Source: an uncultured Gemmatimonadota bacterium
GTDB taxonomy: Bacteria > SM23-81 > DAOVCL01
Length of the DNA stretch: 19,162 nt
Assembly (NCBI GenBank): GCA_964626665.1
Contig: CAZVGK010000043.1
Coordinates: 1-19,162 of the forward strand
Reading direction: 5' to 3'
The notes beneath the pieces are model-generated. The model saw nothing but the letters and a program-made list of their open reading frames with translations, did not search any database and had not been told where the DNA came from. Positions 1 to 7,283 of the stretch are shown here, one piece after another (position 1 is the first letter of the stretch; each line of letters starts with the position of its first letter). A program made the position numbers and the translations under genes.

Positions 1-54
1 AAGAACGATTTTTTCCAAAAAACGGCTTGACTCAACTTAGGAAATCTACAATGC
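1..54. repeat. Left copy of a 54-bp perfect inverted repeat shared with the window's right end (likely end of a multicopy IS/MITE)
   Basis: Bases 1-54 (aagaacg...ctacaatgc) are the exact reverse complement of 19109-19162; identity stops at 55/19108. Confidence 0.95.
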
Positions 55-69
55 ACCTTTGACCTTATA

Positions 70-247
70 TGGGGCCTAAAGGCCCTCAACCCGCACTAAA
101 GTGCGGTAGAAGGCACCTTGCCCTCAGATGTGGGCATCTGACAGCTCCTTGACAGGGGCGAAGCAAACCTAAAGATCTGCCTCTACAACTGATTTTCAAT
201 TTTCCAATTTCTATTTTCTATCCCTCAGGGCAGGAGCTTACCAGTAC
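70..247. repeat. Repeat mosaic downstream of priA
   Basis: TAAA-loop hairpins gggcc-taaa-ggccc and ccgcac-taaa-gtgcgg-tag (71-112, near-identical in reverse to 17834-17875); tcagat-gtgggc-atctga hairpin (124-141); GTAG-tagged palindrome on the minus strand (GTAGAGGCAGATCTTTAGGTTTGCTT, 161-186); heptamers tttcaat/tttccaa/tttctat/tttctat (194-221); tcagggcaggagc motif (225-247) recurring inverted at ~11503-11526. Confidence 0.8.
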
Positions 248-288
248 AGAACTATAGGGGATTTCCGGTTCTGGAGGGATAGTTCAGG

Positions 289-2706
289 CTACATCATATC
301 TTGCGGGTCAACATCTACCGTTATCCTTACCCCTTGCTGGGAACGATGGATAATCGGACCAATCAGATTCCGGAGGATTACCTTTGCCTTTTTCTCATCA
401 TCGCTTTTCAAGAGTATCCTCCACCTAAACTCCTCCCTTAACCTGTAGAGGGGAGATGGGGCTGGTCCCAAGATGGTAAAGGGTAAGTTCTTCCCCTGCT
501 TCCTCAACTCGTTGGATAGCTCTTCCGACCTCTCTTTTACCTTGGCTTCATCTTTCCCCCTCATTAAAAAGGAGACCAGGTGGGTGAAGGGGGGATAGGA
601 GAGTTCTCTTCTTAACTTTATCTCTCTTTGGTAGAAACCTATGTAATCGTAGTGAGCGGCCAATTTTATAGGGGAACTCTCTGGGGAGTAGGTTTGCACC
701 ACTACCAGGCCTGGGGTAGGCCCCCTTCCCGCACGTCCGGCCACCTGAGTTAAAAGTTGAAAGGTCCGCTCGTTGGCCCGGAAGTCCGGCAGGTGGAGGG
801 AGGTGTCTGCGGAGATCACCCCCACCAGGGTCACTCGGGGGAAATGTAGCCCTTTGGCCACCATCTGAGTCCCCAAAAGTATCTGTGCCTCTCCCCTCAG
901 GAAGGATTCGTAGATTTGGCGATGTGCTCCCTTGCGCGAGGTAGTATCTATATCCATTCTCAGGATGTTGTATTGAGGGAAGAGCCTCTTTACCTCAGCT
1001 TCCACCCTTTGAGTCCCCACCCCCTGATAGACTATCCTGTTTCCTCCGCACTGCGGACAGCGGAGAGGCGCTTTCTCCCTATATCCGCAGTAATGGCAGA
1101 GGAGGCTATGGCTTTGGAGGTGATAGGTTAAGGTTAAGCTACATCTGGGACACTTGGCCACATAGCCACACTCCTCACATCTGATAAAGGTAGAAAATCC
1201 CCTGCGGTTCAAAAACAGGACTACCTGTCCTCCATCCCTCAGTCTTTCCTCCATCTCCTTTTGGAGGGTGAGGGAGAATATTCCCCAGTTTCCCCTCTCC
1301 CTTTCAGCTCGCATATCCACGATGACCACCGGGGGGAGGGTTCTCTTCTCCACCATCTCAGGGAGCCTCAATAGTTGGTATTTACTGCTCTGGCAATTGC
1401 GGAGGCTCTCTATGGAAGGGGTGGCAGAGCCCAGGAGGACTACTGCCCTGTTTAACTTGGCCCTCACCACGGCCAGGTCTCTGGCGTTATACCTGGGGGA
1501 AGGGTCCTTTTGTTTGTAAGAGGAGGAATGCTCCTCATCGACGATGATCAAACCCAACTTTTGCAAGGGGGCAAATATGGCCGATCTGGCCCCGATAACC
1601 ACCTTGAAGCTACCCTCCCTTATCTTTCTCCAACTGTCATATCTCTCCCCCGGGGAGAGGTAAGAGTGCAGGATGGTTACCCCGGACCCGAAGTGGGAGC
1701 GAAACTTGCTGATCATCTGTGGGGTAAGGGAGACCTCCGGGAGAAGGAGCAAGGCACTTTTCCTTAGCCCAATGGTCTTTTTTACCGCCTGGATGTAGAT
1801 CTCGGTCTTTCCCGAGGAGGCTACCCCATAGAGGAGGAATGCCTTGTATTCTCCCTTCTTTAGGAAGAGGTTGATCTGAGATATGGCCTGGTTTTGAGAT
1901 TTGTTCAGGATATGGGTAAGCGTAGGGGAAGGGGAGAGATCGGCATAGGGGTCTCTAAACTTCTCCCGGGGGAAGGTTTTGATCAGCCCCTTTTTGGCCA
2001 GTGAGCCAATCACCGAGCCTCCAATGCCATACTTTCCCTTTAGGGTTGATTTGAGGAGGGGAGATGGGGAGTTTAAGAGAATTCTCAGACAGAGGGCCTG
2101 CTGGGGTGCCCTTTTTTGTAGCTCCTCGGGGATCTCCCTCACCTTTGGGGAGACATAGGTAGCAAAGAGAACCCTAACTTGTGGAGGACTCACCTTTTCG
2201 ACGATCTCTACCAACCCCTTTTGGGCGAGCGCCCTTAGGGCCAGAGGCAGCCCATTTTGACCTAACCTCTGGAAGAGTGTGCGGAGAGTTAGCTTCCCCC
2301 TTTTTAACTCGGAGACGATGCGGGAGGAGAGGGGATCAAGGGTATCAATATCGGCCTCCCCCTTTAGGCTGATCACTTTTCTCTTCTCCACATTTATCCC
2401 CCCGGGGAGGGATGCTTTGAGAACATCCCCCCAACTACAGAGGTAGTATCGGCTTATCCATTTGGTGAACCTGAGGAGTTCCTGGCTGATGAGGGGGGAA
2501 CTGTCTAAGAGATGGGCTATCTCCTTGAGGTTTTCCTGGGGGGCCCTTCTGGGAATTCCCACGATTATCCCAGTTAAGGTTCTCCTCCCCACCGGAATAA
2601 GGGCCCGACAGCCTGGCACTGCCCTCTTCTCCAAGAGGGAGGGGACGGAATAGGTCAATATCTCCTCTGAGGGGAAGAAGGGAACTACAGAGACCAATTT
2701 TCCCAT
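289..2706 (-). CDS. priA: Primosomal protein N' (replication restart helicase PriA)
   Basis: 805 aa. N-terminal 3'-binding-domain pattern (LTYSVP...GCRALIPVGRR), Walker A GVASSGKTE, LLPEVSLTPQ, IGARSAIFAP, DEEH, four CxxC pairs, LGTQMVAKGLHFP, QVAGRAGR, C-terminal VDVDP. Confidence 0.97.
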   Translation of the reverse strand: MGKLVSVVPFFPSEEILTYSVPSLLEKRAVPGCRALIPVGRRTLTGIIVGIPRRAPQENLKEIAHLLDSSPLISQELLRFTKWISRYYLCSWGDVLKASLPGGINVEKRKVISLKGEADIDTLDPLSSRIVSELKRGKLTLRTLFQRLGQNGLPLALRALAQKGLVEIVEKVSPPQVRVLFATYVSPKVREIPEELQKRAPQQALCLRILLNSPSPLLKSTLKGKYGIGGSVIGSLAKKGLIKTFPREKFRDPYADLSPSPTLTHILNKSQNQAISQINLFLKKGEYKAFLLYGVASSGKTEIYIQAVKKTIGLRKSALLLLPEVSLTPQMISKFRSHFGSGVTILHSYLSPGERYDSWRKIREGSFKVVIGARSAIFAPLQKLGLIIVDEEHSSSYKQKDPSPRYNARDLAVVRAKLNRAVVLLGSATPSIESLRNCQSSKYQLLRLPEMVEKRTLPPVVIVDMRAERERGNWGIFSLTLQKEMEERLRDGGQVVLFLNRRGFSTFIRCEECGYVAKCPRCSLTLTYHLQSHSLLCHYCGYREKAPLRCPQCGGNRIVYQGVGTQRVEAEVKRLFPQYNILRMDIDTTSRKGAHRQIYESFLRGEAQILLGTQMVAKGLHFPRVTLVGVISADTSLHLPDFRANERTFQLLTQVAGRAGRGPTPGLVVVQTYSPESSPIKLAAHYDYIGFYQREIKLRRELSYPPFTHLVSFLMRGKDEAKVKERSEELSNELRKQGKNLPFTILGPAPSPLYRLREEFRWRILLKSDDEKKAKVILRNLIGPIIHRSQQGVRITVDVDPQDMM

Positions 2707-2742
2707 GGCCTCAATATACCTTTCCGACTATAGGGAGGCAAC

Positions 2743-2775
2743 AAAAAAGCAGTGCCTAAAGGACACTGCTTTTTT
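2743..2775. terminator. Bidirectional intrinsic terminator-like hairpin between the TPR gene and priA
   Basis: aaaaaa-gcagtg-cctaaagga-cactgc-tttttt: GC stem flanked by A6 and T6. Confidence 0.75.
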
Positions 2776-2793
2776 AGATGGGGAGAGTGGGAT

Positions 2794-2976
2794 TTCTACC
2801 ACACTTTAGTGTGGGTTTATATGGAGTGCGTCAACTCCTGTTGACGTATGCTGTGACAGGAGTCACAGCACTCCAAGTGGGCTAAAGCCGGGTAGAAAAT
2901 TCCGTGCTGCTCCGTGTAAGTCCGTGGTAGGTTTTTTTTTCCATTGCTCATTGTTAATTGACCATTGCCAACTGTT
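2794..2976. repeat. Repeat mosaic: TTTA-loop hairpin, GGAG-tagged REP-like doublet, TCCGTG triad, heptamer tract
   Basis: ctaccacac-ttta-gtgtggg (2796-2815); two abutting inverted 27-bp units TGGAG+stem+TCCT+stem (2822-2875); ggctaaagcc-gggtaga (2880-2896); TCCGTG at 2901/2911/2921; cattgct/cattgtt/aattgac/cattgcc (2942-2969). Confidence 0.85.
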
Positions 2977-3000
2977 TTGTTCCCCAGGGGTTTTGCCCCC

Positions 3001-4134
3001 TCACTCTTGCTGGAGTTTCTCAGCCTTTTTATAGGCCGCCTCGCTCTTCTTCTTCATCCCTTTGTAGGAATAGATCAGGCCCAAGCTATTCCAGGCTTCC
3101 ACATTTTGGGGATCCAGTTCGACTACCTTTTCAAATAAGGGAAGGGCCTGATCGTATTTCTTCTGGGAGCGGTATATGGAAGCCAAAAATCCCATCGACT
3201 CCACATCATCTGGCTTTTCCTCTAAGGCCCTTTTCAGAAGGGGGGCAGCCTTATCCATCTTGTTCTGATAAATGTAGAGGGAGGCCAAGGTGTGAATGGC
3301 CTCATAATCCTGCGGATCTGCCTGGAGAGCCCTTTCCAAATAGCCGGCAGCTTTGTCTTCCTGTTTGCTGACTGTATATATTAAGGCCAGGTCGTGGAGG
3401 GCATCCGGATCATCAGGGTTTATTTTTAAAACCCCTTCAAAATAGTCGATGGCCTTATCGTAATCTTTATCCCGCAGAGCAGCAAGTCCCAGGTTAAATG
3501 AGCAGTTCGCCTTCTGGGTTAAGGCCTCCTTGTGGGAGGGATCAAGGGAGAGAACTGAGTCATAGATGGCCAAGGCCTGCTTATACCTCTGGTGGTTGTA
3601 ATGGAGGGCAGCCATATTCAGCAGCACAGTGGTATTTTTCGGATCGAGCTGGGAACCCTTCTCATAGGAATGTAAGGCCTTATCCGTAGAATCCTGCTTA
3701 GAGTAGATGTAGCCCAGGTTCTCCCAGGCCTGGGGTTGATTTGGATCTATGAGCAAGGCTATGCGCAGCTTCTTCTTGGCTTCCGGCAGTTTGTCCTTTT
3801 TGATCAGAGTCATACTCTCATTAAACTTTTGCCCCCACTGTGATTTTCTCCAATTTTCCGTCTTCTTTTCATATTTACCTGGACCAAGCTTTGTCGCCTG
3901 ACTAAAGGCCTGGTTCATCTTCTTATACATCCTTCTCTCCGAATATACGGTTCCCAGAAGCCACCAGGCCTCAGCATTCTGGGACTGCTCTTTCACCGCC
4001 AACTCCCCTTGGGCCTGAGCCTTATCCCAGTTCTTCTGCTGGATGTAGATCTTCATAGAGGTCACGGCTGGCGACTGGCAGCCGGCCAGCCAGGCCAAAC
4101 CAAGAAGCAGGACGAGACCTAAAACAGATTTCAT
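3001..4134 (-). CDS. Tetratricopeptide-repeat lipoprotein
   Basis: Likely start is ATG 4134 (MKSVLGLVLLLGLAWLAG-C: signal peptide with lipobox LAGC), not the ORF-track start at 4242. Many TPR units follow (AEAWWLLG, PQAWENLG, PDALHDLA, VEAWNSLG). Confidence 0.88.
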   Translation of the reverse strand: MKSVLGLVLLLGLAWLAGCQSPAVTSMKIYIQQKNWDKAQAQGELAVKEQSQNAEAWWLLGTVYSERRMYKKMNQAFSQATKLGPGKYEKKTENWRKSQWGQKFNESMTLIKKDKLPEAKKKLRIALLIDPNQPQAWENLGYIYSKQDSTDKALHSYEKGSQLDPKNTTVLLNMAALHYNHQRYKQALAIYDSVLSLDPSHKEALTQKANCSFNLGLAALRDKDYDKAIDYFEGVLKINPDDPDALHDLALIYTVSKQEDKAAGYLERALQADPQDYEAIHTLASLYIYQNKMDKAAPLLKRALEEKPDDVESMGFLASIYRSQKKYDQALPLFEKVVELDPQNVEAWNSLGLIYSYKGMKKKSEAAYKKAEKLQQE

Positions 4135-4173
4135 CCCTCTCAATTTACTCTCCTTTCTTCTAAATTCAGAGGT

Positions 4174-4202
4174 AGTAAAACAAAAAAATTTCCCCCTGTC
4201 AA
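4174..4202 (-). promoter_or_regulatory. Possible sigma70 promoter for the TPR lipoprotein gene
   Basis: Minus strand TTGACA (4202-4197), 17-bp spacer, TTTACT (4179-4174) preceded by TGn. The -10 is imperfect. Confidence 0.4.
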
Positions 4203-4263
4203 GTGGAATCTCCTCGTCTTTGTGGTAAATTAGTTTTCCCAACGCCGGAAACTAAACCCCATC

Positions 4264-4461
4264 TTAGCTTGGCACTTTTGGTGGGGCAAGTTCCGTTGCT
4301 TTCCTCCGATAGTATTTTATAACCTTCTTTTTTGACATTCCCTTGATTTCCTCCCTTAAGATTGCTCTGGCGAAATGTACCTGTTGAAGGGCGAAATCAT
4401 AGGGGAATTCCTCCTCGATTTCTCTCTTCAACTTTTCCGCTATCTTGACATCCTTGCTCAT
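4264..4461 (-). CDS. Small charged protein, putative antitoxin or partner of the upstream PIN protein
   Basis: 65 aa. Strong RBS (GAGGAGGT) overlaps the PIN stop codon. Helical, K/E-rich. Confidence 0.65.
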   Translation of the reverse strand: MSKDVKIAEKLKREIEEEFPYDFALQQVHFARAILREEIKGMSKKKVIKYYRRKATELAPPKVPS

Positions 4462-4476
4462 TGTGTTTTTACCTCC

Positions 4477-4929
4477 TCATATTAGTTCTGGAGGAGTCAC
4501 TATTTTCAACTCTCCATAGCCAGCTCTCATATTTATCAAATTTACCAATGCCTTCGTGCTCTCCCTGACGATGTGTTTGAAATTCCAACTAGCCAGATAC
4601 CGAATCCCCTTCACTGTAGCCACTCCAATATGTTGGGCATCTTCAGGATAACCATCTGGGATTGCTCCTCCCTTTATGTACTTTTCGGCTAATTCGAGAA
4701 TTTCGGTGGTAATGGCAAGAGGTGGAAAGAGAGATCCTATCAGAGTCCGCATATTTTCACGCAGTTCATCGTCCGGAGTGGCATTAACTTCTGCAAGGGT
4801 AATATCAGATATGTAACTCTTGAATTCCGGCAACTTTCTCCAGAAGTAATGGGTAAGCTCCATACGTTCTGGATTTCTCATATCAAAATAAGCACTGATT
4901 ACAGATGTGTCTAAGTAGACGGTAATCAC
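4477..4929 (-). CDS. PIN-domain (VapC-like) ribonuclease toxin
   Basis: 150 aa, GTG start with GAGG upstream. VYLDTSV, TLAEV, EDAQHI, LASWNFKHIV and C-terminal IVTPPEL are typical of this PIN subfamily. Confidence 0.88.
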   Translation of the reverse strand: MITVYLDTSVISAYFDMRNPERMELTHYFWRKLPEFKSYISDITLAEVNATPDDELRENMRTLIGSLFPPLAITTEILELAEKYIKGGAIPDGYPEDAQHIGVATVKGIRYLASWNFKHIVRESTKALVNLINMRAGYGELKIVTPPELI

Positions 4930-5046
4930 AGATCCTCTTCAGCTTAAGTCCTTTGCGATCCATCGTTTAACCTACCAGATCGTTACAAGGGGCAAAGAGG
5001 TTCCCTTCTATATCTGGGATTGCCTCCACAAATAGATTTGAAGGCA

Positions 5047-5355
5047 TTAACCGACATCCCAGGGCTTAAGTCCTTTTTGCCTTAAGTCCCGCGCCCCGTG
5101 TATAACGGCGAGAATTAAAATGCGTTCAGTTTCCACCCGATACATAATTCGATAGTTGGATAACAGGAGTTCCCGAATATTTTTCTTCTCAGCCTCTGGA
5201 ACGCTTCGCCCCATTTCAGGGAACCTCTCCAGGTTTTCTATTGCCTCAACAATTCTCTCCACAAATCGAGTGGCGTAATATTCTAAATCCCTACTGATGT
5301 AATCCCTTATGTTTTCTATATCTACCAAGGCTGGCTCAGTCCAATCGATTTTCAT
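5047..5355 (-). CDS. RelE/ParE family type II toxin
   Basis: 102 aa. MKIDWTEPALVDIENIRDYI, LERFPEMGRSVPE, IRELL, YRIMYRV, ILAVIHGARDL. Overlaps the upstream antitoxin. Confidence 0.92.
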   Translation of the reverse strand: MKIDWTEPALVDIENIRDYISRDLEYYATRFVERIVEAIENLERFPEMGRSVPEAEKKNIRELLLSNYRIMYRVETERILILAVIHGARDLRQKGLKPWDVG

Positions 5356-5530
5356 TGTGAAGGAGCTTCTTTTTGGCCTCCTGGTGAGAGATAATATGTC
5401 CCTCTTCTGCAGCTTTCAAGGCAACTGACAACTTCTTTTTGACATAAAATTCGTACATAATGTCATCCCAAGTTGCTTGATCTGGCAATTTGTCGATGAG
5501 TTTCTTTGCCTCTTCTTTGACGATACTCAT
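5336..5530 (-). CDS. Antitoxin paired with the RelE/ParE toxin
   Basis: 64 aa. KEEAKKLIDKLPDQATWDDIMYEFYV...AAEEGHIISHQEAKKKL pattern common upstream of ParE genes; RBS AAGGAGGT; 20-bp overlap with the toxin. Confidence 0.85.
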   Translation of the reverse strand: MSIVKEEAKKLIDKLPDQATWDDIMYEFYVKKKLSVALKAAEEGHIISHQEAKKKLLHNENRLD

Positions 5531-5703
5531 AACTTTTTACCTCCTTCATCAATTGGAACAGAATTTGACATTTTCCCAATCTTTTCCCTTGGGATTGCTC
5601 CGCAATCAAGATTGAATCCAGCCCTATTTTCGGGACCTCAAACAACCCCCTGGTTAGGGAAGTAGAGTTCCTAAAGGTGTATCTTCAATTTAAGGTAAAG
5701 AGC

Positions 5704-7065
5704 CTACCACTCATATCTCACCGTATACTTTACCACTGACTCCCCGTCTTTGGCCACAGGGATCTTGAACTCGGCGGTGTAGGCATCCTTTTTGGTGTAT
5801 TTGTAGTTGCTCTCGGTTATCTTCCATTCCCCCCAAAAGTGCTCCACGACCACTATTTCTACCTTTTCCTTCTTGTGATTGCGCAGCTTTATCTCCCAAC
5901 TCTCCTCCCTGGCCTTCTCCCCGATCTTGTGATAGCTGATTTTTTTTCTCTCTCCCACCAGGTCAAAGGCATTCCCCAAGAAGATCCTCACCTTCTCATC
6001 CTTGGGGGTGTGGTCGATGAGATCTTCTCCGATAAACTCTAAGGATTTGTCCACATCTTCCTTGTAGACTCTCACCTTCCCCTTGGGGAGGGGGATGCCC
6101 AACCCGGCCCTCTGGGAGTTTTGAAACTCCAGGTTTACCCTCACCTTCTTGCCATATCTGGCCCCATCACAGGTGTAAATCTTATTTACATTGACCTGGG
6201 TAGGGGAAAAGAGGGAAAGCTGCTTTATCTGGTTGTCTTTAAGGGTGGCCTTCCGCCCTAAGGTATACATATGATACTCGAAGAAGGGTTTCTCCTCGAA
6301 CTGAGGGCCCCCTTTGGCCATTGTTGTTACATCTGCCTGGATGTAACCCCTGGGTTTGCGCCGAGGCTTCACCCGGTGCACCTCACCGGCGATGAGCTTC
6401 AGCCGGGCATCTGGATAGGCGGCCCCGGATTTGTTGTCGATGGAGACCCAACCAGCAAGGTCTATGGATTTATCCTCCTTATCAGCCACGGCCACATATT
6501 CGCAGTGCCAGTTTATTCCAGAGGTTAGATAGCTTATCTCCGTCTTCTGTCTCCCTCCCCTTTGGCAATCGAGCAACCAGACCAAAGTGGGACGGGTGAT
6601 CAACCCTGTGGGGAGGCGGGGGAAATCTAAATCAAGGATGGATTCAGGTCTTATGATCTTTATTCCCCCTTCCTGGGCGGCCAGGACAATACCATCCCTA
6701 GAGGAGTTGAGCAGGGTTCCCTGGTATATTTTATTGTCCTTGGCGGTTATCTTGATCTCCTGGTCAATATACTTCTGCAGGATCTTTTGGGTGCTTACCA
6801 GGTCGTATTCATAGTTCTGCTCCAAGATGGAGACCTTCTCCGGGTAGCTGAGGGAGCGGAAGTGCACAGAGGTGGGATCTATCTGGGAGGCCACATCCCT
6901 GAACCTAATTACGGTTATCCCCTTCTTCAACTCCATCAGCCGCACATCCTTAACCAGACCAAGGTTCTGGTTGTAGACAGTGATGGCCATCTCTCTCTCT
7001 CCGGCGGCCTGGGCCACTCCCATCCAGAGAATGAGGAGGGCAAAAAAGAACTTGGTTGCTTTCAT
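5704..7065 (-). CDS. Secreted DUF4139-family protein
   Basis: Likely start ATG 7065 with GGAGGT RBS (7078-7073). Signal peptide MKATKFFFALLILWMGVAQA; AITVYNQNLGLVKDVR, EQNYEYDL, SYLTSGINW, IDHTPKDE, LGNAFD motifs. The ORF-track extension to 7179 is translated repeat DNA. Confidence 0.88.
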   Translation of the reverse strand: MKATKFFFALLILWMGVAQAAGEREMAITVYNQNLGLVKDVRLMELKKGITVIRFRDVASQIDPTSVHFRSLSYPEKVSILEQNYEYDLVSTQKILQKYIDQEIKITAKDNKIYQGTLLNSSRDGIVLAAQEGGIKIIRPESILDLDFPRLPTGLITRPTLVWLLDCQRGGRQKTEISYLTSGINWHCEYVAVADKEDKSIDLAGWVSIDNKSGAAYPDARLKLIAGEVHRVKPRRKPRGYIQADVTTMAKGGPQFEEKPFFEYHMYTLGRKATLKDNQIKQLSLFSPTQVNVNKIYTCDGARYGKKVRVNLEFQNSQRAGLGIPLPKGKVRVYKEDVDKSLEFIGEDLIDHTPKDEKVRIFLGNAFDLVGERKKISYHKIGEKAREESWEIKLRNHKKEKVEIVVVEHFWGEWKITESNYKYTKKDAYTAEFKIPVAKDGESVVKYTVRYEW

Positions 7066-7112
7066 CTCAGATACCTCCGGGTATAAATTTTCTTCCTTAT
7101 TGGAAAATCGTG

Positions 7113-7267
7113 AAGAAAATAAGAAAATGGAAATTCCTGAGCCGTCAGAACCCCGATTCTGGCGGCGGAAGCGCCTCACCCCGAGCGGTCAGGTGAGGGC
7201 ATCTGACCGCAAAGGATGGTGACAGAATCGGGGTTCTGCCACCTCGGTTGATCAATTGCTAATTGTT
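7113..7267. repeat. Composite repeat: heptamer tract + three CGAG-family hairpins (B-C-D) + heptamers
   Basis: gaaaataagaaaatggaaattcc; B gag-ccgtcagaa-ccccga-ttctggcgg-c (7139-7166); C ccgag-cggtcaggt-gagggc-atctgaccg-c (7181-7210); D inverted ggtgacagaa-tcgggg-ttctgccacc-tcgg (7218-7247); aattgct aattgtt. Same order as 14218-14387. Confidence 0.9.
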
Positions 7268-7283
7268 CCCTGTTTCTATCCCC

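Noticed and set aside
27-52. Promoter in the terminal repeat (TTGACT...TACAAT)
   Set aside because: The spacer is 14 bp, outside the normal 16-18 bp for sigma70.
1804-1827. PriA Walker A variant GVASSGKT (usually GVTGSGKT)
   Set aside because: Still fits GxxxxGKT and all other helicase motifs are intact; likely neutral.
4930-5046. Integron attC site between the two TA pairs (minus strand TTGTAAC...GTTAAAC)
   Set aside because: The core sites are only 10 bp apart, far too short for attC; no L boxes and no integrase.
4942-5090. Three CTTAAGTCC copies (4943, 5065, 5081)
   Set aside because: Short, irregularly spaced, and two lie inside the toxin CDS; cannot be distinguished from chance or a small local duplication.
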